DNA from: Antedon mediterranea
Lineage: Eukaryota > Animalia > Echinodermata
Length of the DNA stretch: 64,000 nucleotides
Assembly: GCF_964355755.1 (NCBI RefSeq)
Contig: NC_092680.1
Location: 13,277,045 to 13,341,044 of the forward strand
Direction: 5' to 3'
Made by a program: the position numbers and the translations under genes. Each line of letters opens with the position of its first letter. Within the stretch, counting starts at the first letter, position 1. The notes beneath the pieces are model-generated. The model saw only the letters and a program-made list of their open reading frames with translations, was not told where the DNA came from and made no database searches. Positions 23,601-38,600 of the stretch are shown one piece after another.

Positions 23601-26600
23601 ACAGATTCAATCTGATTAATGGTGCTTTGCAGAAATGGAAACCAGACAGAGTTGTTGCTATATACCAGAAATCATCCTAGGACTGTATGGATAGTTCACC
23701 AAAGATATAAACACAAGTTATGACCATATAGTGCTACAAATATGCTATTTTGAATACACAGTCTCATGGAGTTTATTCATTCATTTCTATGTTTTTCTGA
23801 CTTTTCCACTGTGTGAATTTGGTATTGTTTCTGGCTTTCACACCAGTGCCATCCTTTCCACTTATATTCCAAGTTTCCTTGACTTTCTGCATTCTCACTC
23901 CTGAGGACGATCAAAGCATATTGATCGAAACGTCGAGAAACTCAACAGTTCTTTTCAGAACTAAGATACGTGGTGTACCGCAAACTTTATATTAACATTT
24001 GATTTCGCCATGCAAACCTTCAAACAATATATTTCTGACCTCATATATCTATAGAATACATTCAGTAGTACAAAAATACATAATTAACAAAAGTTACTCA
24101 ATCATCATATACACTTAGGTTGACTGTCATGCACTTAAAGTATAAAGTAACTAAAAAACAAAAGTTTATTCAATTTTTTCTGAAGTTTAGATTCACCATT
24201 TCAATTTATATGGTGTCAGTCAGAGTTTTAAAGTTTTTTTTGCCTTGCTTGCCGGACCTGGATAACCAAATAATAGCCCATAGACAAAATATTCACAAAA
24301 AGAGGAAATTCCGTTACGCACCCCTATCGGTTAATGGTGTAATATGCAAAATGTTGCAATATATTGTATTAAACTAATGTTAATTGACAATTGTGATTAT
24401 CTCACATCAAGTTTGTGTTTAAGAGAATACATTTAGAGAAAAAAAATGTATGAACATTGTTCCCATGTTATTTCCACTGATAAGTCTATTAATCAATAGA
24501 AAAGCTATGATTTAGGATTGTCCTAGTTTCTGAAATTGAAATTCATTATTCAATAAAACATCAGCATTTCCCAGGGCAGAAACTTTATTAAGAAAGAGGT
24601 GAGTGATTGCTCACTAACATCATAAAAACTTGAATTTCAAAACTCTTGACCCCTGACATGTAATGTCACAAAAGGTGGGAACACAGATGATAGACTTGTT
24701 TTAGGATCCATAGGGTTGGTTATCAACAATAATGGTTTACTTGAGGTACAGTAAACAGGACACTATTTTAATACTATATGGTATTTTATGTAATTTAATT
24801 CTAAAAAAATCCCCAAATTTTGTTATATTTATGTAAAAGCTGGTAAAAAATTGTATATACTGCTGTAATGGTATATACTGCTGTAATGGTATATACTGCT
24901 GTAATGGTATATACTGCTGTAATGGTATATACTGCTGTAATGGTATATACTGCTGTAATTCTATATACTGCTGTAATGGTATATACTGCTGTAATGGTAT
25001 ATACTGCTGTAATGGTATATACTGCTGTAATGGTATATACTGCTGTAATGGTATATACTGCTGTAATGGTATATACTGCTGTAATGGTATATACTGCTGT
25101 AATTCTATATACTGCTGTAATGGTATATACTGCTGTAATGGTATATACTGCTGTAATGGTATATACTGCTGTAATGGTATATACTGCTGTAATGGTATAT
25201 ACTGCTGTAATGGTATATACTGCTGTAATGGTATATACTGCTGTAATGGTATATACTGCTGTAATGGTATATACTGCTGTAATGGTATATACTGCTGTAA
25301 TGGTATATACTGCTGTAATGGTATATACTGCTGTAATTCTATATACTGCTGTAATGGTATATACTGCTGTAATGGTATATACTGCTGTAATGGTATATAC
25401 TGCTGTAATGGTATATACTGCTGTAATTCTGGTATTGATACTGTATTGTAGTTTGTCTAATCTAAAGCTCTGTCTACACTATCAAACTTGTGACAAAAAC
25501 ACGATGACATCATATCACTACATTGTTTTAGCATATCACTACCATACTGGGTATCACACTATTTTGATAGTGTAGACAGAGCTTTAATATTATTAATTTT
25601 TACTTTTTACTGGATTCTGACAATTTATAGTGTGCACATTCACATGGGATTGACAACAATTGTTAATATTTTTATATATTTCACAATCACATCAGGTATA
25701 AAAATGTATGAATTAATATTATAATACAGTGGATTTTGTGTTTGTTTTTTAATAGAAAACATCACATTTACTGAATATGTTACTTGAAACCAATATTTAT
25801 ATTGTTAATAATTATATGATTACTCTAATTAATTGTATCTTAATGAAATGCAGTCGTGGGTCTGCAATCCATCTGTTTGATGTGGTCTCTTGCAGGAGTT
25901 TAGCTGACATAACAGCAGGTATCCTAGGCTGTGTACATTGTACCGAGTCATGGGCCAACTACCAACCGTTTCAGTAGGCGAAGCAGAAACAATATATTTT
26001 GGTCTCCCTAAGTGTTCATATGGCTTTTCTCTAAAAAAGTAATCAGATGTTTTGATAGGGTTTGTCATATACTTGAAATTACTCCAGACACGCAACCAAA
26101 TTAAAGTACGAATTAAGTTTAATATAAAACCTTTCCTTATGTTGAAGATTTATATTTTAATTCAAGACAAATATCTGGAAGTGTTTAAGGGTATGTTCAG
26201 ATCCATGGAGTTATGCTTTCGTATCGCAAGAAATGCCATATTATAATTAGCGTCGTTACAGAAAAGTGTTCATATTCGCCTAACTAATCTTGTACCTTGA
26301 GCTGTCGTAACGAACGAAAGATCAGTGTCGTACGAAGTGGCTTCCACTAATCTTTTCCTGATTCAGACCTATGGAGTTATATGCTGCATATAATACAAAA
26401 GCATAACTGCGTAGGTGTGAACAGACCCTAATAGGTGTGAACAGACCCTAATAGGTGTGAACAGACCCTAATAGTGAAAAGTTATTGGCATACTGTACAG
26501 TAGACTTATCATTAATTTTCACTTGCAGCTGACCGAACTATAAAATATTTTGAAGAAGCTCACCATACTAATTATTAACACAGTTTATCCAGATCCCTGT

Positions 26601-29600
26601 ACTAATAATTAATTGAGGCCCTTAATTCAGAATGTTTTTTCTAGGTCACTTAAGATTCCTGTAGATGTTGACACAACCTTTTCATGAATACCTTTTAACT
26701 TTCTTACTGCTGATGGTACAAATCATCAGCGATTTTGCTTTTCATTAGCTGTGTTTACACTTCTTCTTGTCTCTATTAGAGTTAAATTGTGTTTCGTCAG
26801 AGTTACTTGTTCTGTATCAAATGCAAACAAATCATTTACATTCGATATCCCTCTGATGGGGATTGTTTGTCGAAGTCTTACATTCTGAAACTTATTGGTT
26901 TTCTGTTTCCAAAAACAGAGTAAAAATTGATAATGACTCAATGTTTTGCTATAAGAACAACTGTCTTATGGAGTAATACATACTATTACTAGGCATCTTT
27001 AACACTTCCATACCAAGTTTTTTTTTCACAGATCTCGGTTGGCTTGATGAGAATATAATGAAGCTTATCAAATAATTGTTGACTGCAGTTTAAAAAAAAA
27101 GTGGTTAATTATTTTATTACACTTTGATGGATGTAGCCTATGATGAATTGAACAAACATGTAATATTGACAACATCATCAAAACTGCAAGTACTTATTTA
27201 CATTGCATCAAGTACCTCTATTATAGTTTGAGTCTTGTGTACACTGTTAAGTTTGCTTACTTTTTAAGTATTAAGTTATAGAGGTGTAAACTTGGTTTAA
27301 ATGTGTAATTTTCAGGTGTGGTACGAACACATGTTATTTAATTTGATTGCAATTACTTGTTTATAAAAAGCTTTAAGTGAATTATTATGATATTAGATTA
27401 GAAGTGTTTGCTTGATGTACTTTGGTTATCAAGACCTTCTGGTCCAGGGTTCAATTCTGGTCTGTTCAAAAAAATTACTTTGTCATTTGATTATTTTGCA
27501 AGGGTTATGGGATAGTATTGATGTTAACATTCAGGTGTTCATGATCAAATTACTGATAATTCGAAGCTGAAACAGGGTTGATCAGTAGTCTTCAGTGGAA
27601 ATGTTGGTTTGATGTTTCTCATTATTTTGTTCAAATTATTGATTTATTTGAATTTTATTATGTGAAATATGTAGAGAACAAGTAGTTTATGGCTAATTTA
27701 ATATCCAAGATGTTCAATGTGGAATACATCAAACCAACATGTAGCAACCTCCATCTAACCCCACCCACCCTTTGCTTTGCTTGTGTCAGAGGAAGGTCAT
27801 CATTTTTCCCCTGTGAATCTTTTCCAGTTGTGTCCCTTTAACCTTTTAATGTAAAAAAAAAATGTGATAGGAATTAGTTGTTAAAAGCATTTTGTTAAAT
27901 TACAGTATTCTTTAATGCAGAAACCTGACTGAAAATGAACTGACTATAAATGGTATTTCTTAAATGACATGGTGAAAAATTAAATTTATTATTAAGGAAA
28001 AACAATGAATACAAATAAATAACAAATCAACTTAAGTAATATCCATATATACAAGTGCCTACAGGTATAGAATAAACACCCTTGAGTATAAACTTATTTT
28101 TATAACTGCTGTTATTGGTATTTCCACATGTTCACTAATTAACATAATACTTGTCATAACAGGTGTCAACATGTCAAAATAATAATTTAATTGTGAATGG
28201 ATTCAACCTGATGTAATTTTATGTTGCCACAGTACAAGTGAACCCACAGACATATCTTCATATTAATAAATGTATGTTTAAAAGACAAATTTGTATTTAA
28301 ATGGAGAAGATTTTTTTGGGGCTGTGAAGAACCTCTTTTTTCTTTTTAAAGCTATTTTGTAATGTATCAAGAAGAATCAATTTGACACATAATGTTGTGC
28401 TGGGAGATTTAATTGAACTCTATTCTCTTCATGAAACTGTAGCACCACTGTAGATAATAAATTATTAATATTGTGTTGAAATGTCAACCATGATTTTATG
28501 ATAGTCATTAAAATAAATGCTCAAGAACAATTTATTGAAAAGATCTTTTGGAAATGTCAATGGTGTTTAGATGTTTAATGAAGCTAACTGATTTATAGTA
28601 AAGACTAGTAGAATTTATCATTTGAAGATGTTTTATGCTCTGTTCTTATGTCACAACAACTTCCAATGTGCATGATATTTCCACAGTTTTTAGGATGCAA
28701 CTTTTTCAGGCAACATTATTGAAAAGGAATATGGGAGGGTGTTTTCCCTTTTAGGCATGTAATCATAATGATCAGTTCCTTTACTGGAACCAGATAGGCC
28801 ACTCTCATTAAAGATGGTAATTATTAACGAGTCAATCTGTAAAATTGAATGACTTGATTGATGATACAGTTTATTTTAAATACCCTTCCATCCACAAACA
28901 ATTATTGTAAAATGATCAACTATAGTTGTAGTACATTTTAATAATGTACAAGGAAACATGACATGGTTGGTAAAATCATGGAGGTAAATAATTTCATGGT
29001 GAAATCCCAAATCAAAGAAATATCTTCAGGCATGAAAAGTGTATAAGCGCTATACAAACCATGAATTAGGAACAAATTATTTGAAAAGTAAGTGTTGTTC
29101 TAAAAGATTATTTGTGTTAAGTTGGCAGAAAACGATCACTCAAACTAGAAAATTAGTAGCATGCTTTTGTTGAATTAATAGGTATAAAGAAAATGCCCCA
29201 GGGCAACAGTACTACTTCCAATGTATTGTTTATATTTTCATTGAATAACCATAAAGTGTTATGAAACCCAAGTGGTATTTTAGCCAAACCCCAAGGTAGA
29301 GTCAGAACTCTCCTATTGTGTAATGTGTTAACACTTTCATAAAGCAACATTGTTTAAGTCACACCAAGCAAAATATTTCTCTCTAACAAGATTAAAAAGA
29401 CAAAAAATCTTGGAAGACAAACATGCAAGTTCTGGGGACAGTTGAGATAAAAGTGTGCCTGGTGGCATTTATTGTATAGACTGTGTGTAATTTGTATATA
29501 GGTGTAGTACTTCTTTACAAGCTAAAGAAAGAAATGGTTTTAAGTTTCAATGACTTGAGTAAACTGTCTAGAAATCAAGAGCCCACATAGGGTAACCAAT

Positions 29601-32600
29601 ATTTTCAGAATTTGTTAATTATAGAATAATCCTGACATTGATCACCTATGGGTGCATGGACTTGCCAGCTCGTCAGTTTGACAATAGCCTAATTGGCAGG
29701 CACCGGAAACTATTGTTTGCCCAATTTGTTTAATATTAAACCTTAATATTAATCAAACATGTTAAAAAGATTATTTTAATTGATTTGTTATAGGTTGGGC
29801 TATAGGTACGGGGAAGTGCCATGCTTTTAAGGGTGAGGGTTGTATGAAAGTTGAGTGGACACATCTATCCATGAAATAAAAATAAAAAGTAATGGACATA
29901 ATATGTTTATTTCTCCCCTTCTATGATGTACAGTATTCTCTCAACTGTTTATCGGTTTGTAAAAATCAATTTGAATGTGCTTCCATTGAATTATAGTTAA
30001 ACTGGAAAGTTCTTTGATAAGAATCAGTTACAGTATCATATTCGATTATAACAAATTCTGATTAGAATTATTATTGCTTGTTAACCATGAACTAATAAAT
30101 ATAGTTATAGTTTAATCGCACATAACATATTTGTTACTTAGTAGAATAGCAAGAATAAAGGTGTTTAATTCGTTTTTGATTGAATAGTTGATATCGTAGC
30201 AAGCAATCTGTAGGTTTAATATTATACTATTATGATAGCTGTGTGTTGAATAGCAATATTATGTAGTATTTGTTTGTTAGGATATTGCTATTATTTAACC
30301 TTTATTGACCATGTTTTCTCCAACAGTGTGAGGCGTGTTTCTCAACTCCCTGCTCCCTTAGGCTGTTGTTATAAGCTGTATGTTCTAGTATCTACAACAA
30401 AATAAAAAAAGACTTAATTAGTGTATTTTTTAATACATTTTTTTGTGTTGGATTAGGAAAAGTCTTCAACCATATCACAGTGTGCACTAAGTTTTTAGGA
30501 TCAACTTTCTGAATTGTTAAAAATTAAAATATTTGCAAATTCTTTGTGTTTTCTAGTTTCTACAGTAGGTCTCCTGGGATCTGTTTTTGCTGCATAGCGT
30601 TGAATAAACCGATTATTTACTGAGCATTCTGCTCAATTTTTACTCCAAAATAACTTTAAATCAGTGGGTGGTTGTTGACAAAAATCCTTACCTAAAATGC
30701 AATTGGTCAAACGTTACTGCAGTGTAGTTGACTCAAAGTCAGCAGCTACCAATCAAATAACCATTATTTCGTGTTGCACCTAAAAATTACTCAGCGATAA
30801 TCGGTTAAATGGCATTCTAACACCGAATTGAATGGGTGTTTTTGACCGGTTATTTTGCACTGCCGGTTACGACAAAATTCTCCTGTTTCTGCTCCCAAGA
30901 AAATGTAGTTAAAATACCCATTAAACATAAATATTTTGCTTATTATTCAGTATGTTTTGACTTGAAAGTTTTTAATTTATTAACATTGGCAGATGTGCAA
31001 CTGACGAAACCGGTTTCCAAGAAAACCGTTCTTTTTTTATTTTATAATAGAAACAGGCCCTTGGAGTCTAAAATATTAAATAAATTAATAAACTTTTCAT
31101 TCACTTCATCAAAACAATGAAGTAAAGTAAATGAAAAATTTGTAATCTATTAACATTGGCAGACAGTGAGTACTTGAAGTCTGGAATGTGGTTAATGAAC
31201 CAAACCAAAATACGGAAGTATCATTACAATTACATGGTAATCAATGAATGGTGTATTATTTCACTAAATATTGTTCATTTTATTACAAAATTCCTTGTCT
31301 TCTCATGAATATTCGTAATGCTTCTGTTTTATCTTTTCTCTTTATGTAAATGTACCACTTTGAAAATAGTAGACCTATTTAGTAACCCGTCAAGTGTATA
31401 AAGTAAAGTACCTTAATATTGGAAATAATAAACTTTTCATTATCTTAATGTTTAGATTGTTTACATAGACAGCTCTCCGGTCTTATGTCAGGCAACTTTA
31501 AACTTTTTATTTATTTTTATCTTTAAACAATCATTTTTATCTGTACATAATATTTATATTTATATATTTTTTAGATTCAATTTTAACGATTGTTCAATTT
31601 GATGCCTCGCAATTTTTAAATTTTTATATCTTTGTATTTATTTATTGTTTACTTATATGTTCAAGTGCAGTATATGGAGAGCCATCTCGATAGTGCTTTG
31701 CACTCATGGCAATCCTCAGAGTGCTGCACCGCTGTCTTGTCATGTATTGTTGTGCCTGAAAATTGAATAAAATAAAATAAAATAAAATAGAGAATTCTTG
31801 TTGTTGAGTTCATATTCTATAAAATCATTCGACAATCTGAAAATGTTATTTCCTTTAAACGTGAACTTAAACAATTTATTTCCAGTTAATATTGTTCGTA
31901 CTATGTATATATATATATATATATTTTTAACTTTTATATGAATTTTATATAATCATTGTAAATTTTTAAGCCTTTAATATTTTTTATGTCATTTGAATAT
32001 TTAATATATTTTATGTGTTGTACTGTATGTTTGTTTTATCGCGGGCCCTGAATGATCAGTTCTATAGGAACTGGATAGGCTACCCTCAGTAAATATGGTA
32101 CTAAATAAATAAATATTGAAATAGGTCAGAAGAATATAAAAAAATAGTTCATTATAAATTGAAAATAAAGTTTTAAATTTTATATTACAATGTTGCATTT
32201 GTATGTCATATACAAAATAAAGGTGAAAAACAGACAAGACATATACAGTAATAATATACATAGCCTACATAATTTGTACAGATAAGAAAATAATTGTTTT
32301 GTAGTACTACTATACTACTGTACTAGTTGTTGAATGCAATGTACTGGTTATTGTGCTCTTGGTGTCTCCAACTTAATCCAATGACTTGATACCTTTGACC
32401 TCACTATTTAAATCCCTAAATATAGTGCTTAAATATGTAGTATAGTTATGTTGTTGTTATTATTGTCTTTTTTAGCTTTGTTGTGGGTAGCTACTTCCTG
32501 GGTTTTGACACTAAGCTATTTGATTGCCATTATTAGGAAGTGTTCCAGTCATTGAATTTATCTGAATACCGCAACCAAGGACTATCAGCTTAGTTTTGGA

Positions 32601-35600
32601 ATTCTACAATTCTAGAAATGTAATTTAGAGTAATTTAAATTATAGCACAAAGTTTAATATGAAAGTATTGGCTGCAATTACAGGGTGTTGTTTTTGCAAA
32701 CTTGGTTGTATATTAACAGTGAAAAATAAAGATTATCTATCGACCATGTAAATACTGTATGCCTGTTTTCATGTTCAAACCTTGTATAATATGTAATAAT
32801 AAAAATACTAAAGACCAACTTTGTAGAAAACATAGTCCTAGTTCTCTACAGTTGGTACAGACAACAATCTCAAACTTAGATGTGATCCAAGATAAGCTTC
32901 ATATGCTGTAGTAATTGATGAACTGATAACTGTAGATACTTCTACTAATCATATGGGAATTACTCAGAAATGTATTTTTGTTAAAGATGTATGATTTCAC
33001 AGGTCGTTGCTCTTTAGGTATACCTCGTTTAGGTAGTATAGTCTATTTGTAGATGTACCATGGGCATTGCTGCAGGCTACCTGCTATTAAGCATTATATA
33101 TACAAGTTAGATTTAAAGAAAACATTTACATTGAGTATGTATTTACCTGTCCATCATGCTTGCCCCTGGTTAGTATAGCCACAGTTGGAAAACTTGAGCT
33201 AAAATTGAAAGGAATGTTAAGTTAGTTTAAAATGAAGCTTCAAAATGATCCATAAAAAAATGATTTGAAGACACTGGTAGCAGTGCGTTTCTGCTCTATT
33301 ATCATGGTGGACAAAAAGTTTGTAACTTCTTGTATCGTAAACATTTTGAGAAATTTGTGGGATATGCTAATATTGCTAAGCCTGTAGATTGTGTTTGTTG
33401 AATGTAGAGAATATTTTTATTTTGTTTAAAGCCTGACTGTCATATTTAACTTGGTTCATTGGATAGCATCTATCAACTAATGAAAATATTTGTCCTATTC
33501 AACTCATAAATATTACTTGTATGTTCACCAAATTAAAGACAACTACATAATATCTTTGCAGGGCCAATTTGATAGATCCATAGCATTGGTAAATTGTACG
33601 AAAAGCATGTGTATTGCAGTAGTGACTGTAATAAAGAAATTCTCATATTTTATTTCTTTTATGTACAATATTCTATTTGTCTTTCACTTGTTTACACTTT
33701 TGACCTTTTTCTACTAAGATTGAAAGATAGAGATTGAAAATTGATGCGTTTGTGATTGTGTGATTTTAGCATAAAGAAAAATTCAACATACTTGATGATT
33801 GTTCCAAAATCCTGATTAAAATCACAAATCTGCCACATTTCATAGGCACACCTTTAGGCAAGTTTAATATTATTAGATCTTAAGATTTATTATCAGATGA
33901 TATTATCTCTATAATGATCTTCTTGGTAACACTTTTGCTATTAACCTTCAGTAGTGTGTGTGAACTGGACAGCAGCATATTGTTAGTTCTAACCCTATGC
34001 CCTTGGTGTCTGTGTCTGTATACAGTATTTTAGTTTCGATCACAGTTGGATTCAAATTATGAAATAGTGTATTCACATGTAAGCTACAATGTGCACAATT
34101 CTATCATTTTACTAAAAGACTGGCTTACAATACATCAATATTTTATTGATATTATAAACAATACTATTTGGCTTTGTGAGTAAATAAAATCATAAATGTG
34201 GTTTTTGTACTGATGTATTGATAATTTTGTTACACTATAAAAATAACCAAATCCATGTAACCTTAACAACATTAATTGTGGAAGGCAGAAAAAACAACAT
34301 TTCTGGAATTATCATAAAAGGTATGTTAGAAAAACAATAAAAAGGTAAAGGTTAATTATTTATGCTGGTCCCCAAGCTTGACTAGAAACTAAGTAAATTC
34401 TGATTAGGCCCTCCACAGACAGTGCAGCACCTACCAGATAAGAATAACATTTATTTCCACAAATGATATTATAGAACAAAATACTGAAATAAATGAAATA
34501 CAAAATAAAAATATAACCAATTATGATGTTAATGTAATGCAAGAAAAAAAATAAGATCAGAACACCGGAAGACCCTTCGAATAATGTACCTAGTTCTTTA
34601 ACGTGTACTACATACACAGGACCAATGGCTTTACATCCCATCCAAAAGATGAGACAATGAGAGTTTAAAGCATCTTTCCTATACATTGGCAACACAAATC
34701 ACCAAATATTACATTTTCAGAATCATAAATAAATCAATAGATGGCAGCAATGATTAAGACAAAAACGGTCACATTAATGTCAATCAGCAATGTATTTATT
34801 GATGAGAGGAAACAGCTAAGGTCTTACACAACACCAATAAATACTATAGGAAGTATCTAGAACAAAAACAAACCATACTTTTTATCATTTAAAGATTTAT
34901 GAGTGAAGATTTACAGTAAGTTAAATCCTACAGTATTTTAAACAGTCATTCAGTTTTCATTTTCATGTTCTGTTTTGTGAAGTGTAAAATAATACAGTAG
35001 TATAAAAGTAGCAGACGTGTTATTTGTTGTTAAAGTTAATTTCTTTTTCTATTTACAATACTTTTCTTCTTTATAAATTATCCCATTATTTCCATACCTC
35101 CTGTCACCCACTAAAGGTGCAATTTCCTCCAAGTTTTTTTGATAATGATAATATACAAAAGAAAATCAATCAATATGTAAATAAATTTATCGTAAAGGCA
35201 AGAAATTATAGCATATATTGTATGCTATAATTTCTCGCATAAAGTTTCCAATATATCATTTCAATTTTCCTTTGTAATTTATATCTTAAATTTGTTATTG
35301 AAAGATTTCAAGCAATACCTACCGTACAGTAGCCAGAAAGAATATTTTCACAAACTAAAAACTTGTTTTTCAGAGCCTGTTGCACTATACCATGTGCCAG
35401 CAAGGTCCTGTAAGTAGTCCCATGGGTTTATAAATGGCCTTAAAACTATCATTTACTGTGGTAACAGCTTCTGTAATCACCTTTATACTATCATCACCCA
35501 GGGAATTGGGTTGTATAATTAGATCTTGTTTAGCAATGACTGAATTCATGTCCCAAATGAGGGACATTTGGCCTATCTTTTCAACAGTATGTAAAGTAGT

Positions 35601-38600
35601 AAGGTTTTTTGATGCTTTTTTCCAATATTGGGTGAATATCAAAATAGGCCAATGACACTGTTTTCTATGGATGTGTTTCATTATCCAACATCCTGTTCTT
35701 AAGTAGAAGGTGTTGTTTTTAAGTTTGTGGCATAGACCCCATTAAATATTAATATTTAAAGGAGTGTATCTGAAATTGAGGAAATTCAAAACAGAGTAAT
35801 CAATTTTAAATCAATGTTTTTATTACAGTTAAAGTTAAAGTACACAATTATTTTAACACAGTTTACTTCTATTAAATACCTATATATCAGCTTCGTATTT
35901 AACCATTTTGAGCTATGCTTAACTGTGGCATTGTACGTTTAGTTATCTTTGTGAAAATGGGACAATTTTTTACCAATTTTGTTGATCTCCTTCATTTTTT
36001 TTTATTTATGATGTTAAAAAATAGGAATATAAAATAAATTTAATTGTACCATAGTGAACTTAAGTTATGATTCAAAGTAATAACACACAATATTAATGAC
36101 TATGGAAGATTTGAAAACTACTATTTTGTTAAATTTTAGATAAATCAAATTAAATCAACCTGTTTGATTGTCATTAATCAACCAATTGTTAATTTTATAT
36201 GTCATAAGGATTAGTAAAACACAATAAAATAGTAGACAACTAGTCTACCTCCCACTTACCATACAACAGTCATTATTACTTAAATATTTCAACTGGTAAC
36301 AAATGGTGCAAATGGTTAACAACTTATCCAATTAACTAAAATCACTATTAAGGTTATGTTAAGCCTGATATAGCACTTTTTGTACAGATTTTTCAAGGGC
36401 GCAAAATGCTTCAAACTACCTGAAATCACCCTGGATTTCAATACTTCAAACAAACCAACTACAGTTTGAAATTGAATTGAACATCTAGTAGAAACATTTT
36501 TCTAGATAATTTAAACCAAAGTACCTGATACAGTATTATATATATTTACTTTTTATATAACTTTATAATTGATAGCATAAAAGATCTAGAAAATAGAACA
36601 GTTTTTAAATTCTAAATTAATATATTTAATTATTTGTGTATTTCAGGTCTCTTTCCACATATCTTCAATCTTGCCACCAATGCCAAAATCACCACAAATG
36701 CAACATGCGGCGTAAACGGTTCCGAAACATATTGTCGATTAGTTGAGATCATTCCAGATGAACAGCCTACCACTACAAGTAATCCACAGTGTCTTGTGTG
36801 TGACTCAAACAGTCTGGATGAGAAGGATCGGCATGTTATATCAAATGCTATAGATGGTACTAGTTCATGGTGGCAGAGTCCATCAATATCAAATGGTGAC
36901 CAATTCCACTTCGTTACCATTACTCTTGATCTCGGTCAGGTAAGTCCTAGATAACGATATTTCTAAAAAAATATTTGGTCAAATCAACTTTCCTATTTAT
37001 TGTTTTGTTAAAATTGTAGGCCTATGTAAGAGAACAAACAGATTTAGGAGAGTGTATATTGTATTATCTTTAGAATGTGTTTGAATTTAGTATCATGGTT
37101 TCCAATCTTTTTTAGACTTTTCCTGTTTAGATAGACTTACCGTATATGGACGTTAATAAAAATTTATATTATGATTTTTTATACAGCATTATGGAGTCAT
37201 TAAGTTGCCTAACCTGAACTTTGGCAACCTATCTTTAATAAGCTTAGTTTTTTTAAATAAATTATGTTCGGTAGTTCATATCTTTGATTACTTTTCGAGG
37301 ATATTCCAAAATAAATCTACTGAGAGGTAATATACAACAGTCAAACAAATGTTATTAGCCAACGTTAAAAGGTTGTTGTTATACTTTCATTACATTTCAA
37401 CAAAGTGAAGATATATTGTACATGATAACATATAGTTTAATGCTGTTCATATTTCACTGGTAATGTAACCCAATTCCATGTTAAAAGTTTAATGTAATGA
37501 CAGCTAGAATGTTTTGTCAGTTTCTGAGAAAATACATGTAGGAGGACACCCAGTAAGTTGATGGGCTGTAAATGTGTTTTATGTCTGTGTGTGGAGTCAT
37601 ATAGGTGCTTTCTGTCAGTTGTAAATTTATAAGATCTCTTCTTTTATGTCATTACACAACATAAAACATATCTGCCAATCATGTGTCTGTCCAGTGGCAT
37701 CAATATCTCAGATGTTTATATTATCATTCTTTTGGTGTCATCATCAATCATCTTTGTCATCATAAACATAATGATAAATGATTTCCTATTACTACAATTA
37801 AATTAAGATCATCATGATGTCAGCCTCATAAAAGTCATTATAATGATCAATTTTTAAGGGCCTGTTTACACTGCATAGCGCTGGAAAATACAAAATTGTG
37901 TCCAATGAGGTTTACCATAATTGCGGGGGCCAAATAATAATTGTGTGTATTTTGTATGAACTTTGTATTTATCTCAATTTTAGTACATTGGTATTATTGG
38001 GCCAAATTTCCTTATAAATTACGGTTAGAGTAGAACCCTGTATATTTTTATGCCAAAAGTAACAAATTTTTTAAAACTTTTAAAGTCATTATCTTCATAT
38101 TATCATAATTTTTGAACGTTTAATTGGATTGATAATAAAAAATACCGTTAACGCATTAAAACTTTACTTTATAATCATAGAGGAATTATTTAGAAATAAT
38201 TCTTCCACGGTATAATATCCAGCAGTATTCAGCAGAATGATACTAAATATTCTGACCTTAATTGAACTTTCTTTGATTTGTTTTTTTAGCCAGGTAAACT
38301 TGTGTTAGTTTATTTTAATATCTTGTTTGTACCTACTGGGTATTTTTGTATGTCTGCAAATTGTATCATGCAGAGAATACCTTAGCTATAGATAACATTC
38401 ATAAATAGAATATTTAGTTATTTCTAGGTTTTGTTTCAATTTACTGATGGACGCTTCTTTTCTTTTTATATGGTAGTATAAATTATAGGCTCATACCATG
38501 CTTTCACTGATAGTGCCCTTAATACAATTCAGTTTATTTCTTTATATTTTCACTAGTATTATTACTATGGAGACAGTTTCTGAAATACAAGATGAAGTGA

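Noticed and set aside
24955-25430. 5/8/13 spacing of minisatellite variants as a meaningful code
   Set aside because: Only three intervals; readily explained by unequal expansion.
24868-25575. 235-aa ORF of MVYTAV repeats
   Set aside because: Translation of an 18-bp minisatellite running into a MITE; intronic, with no compatible splice context.
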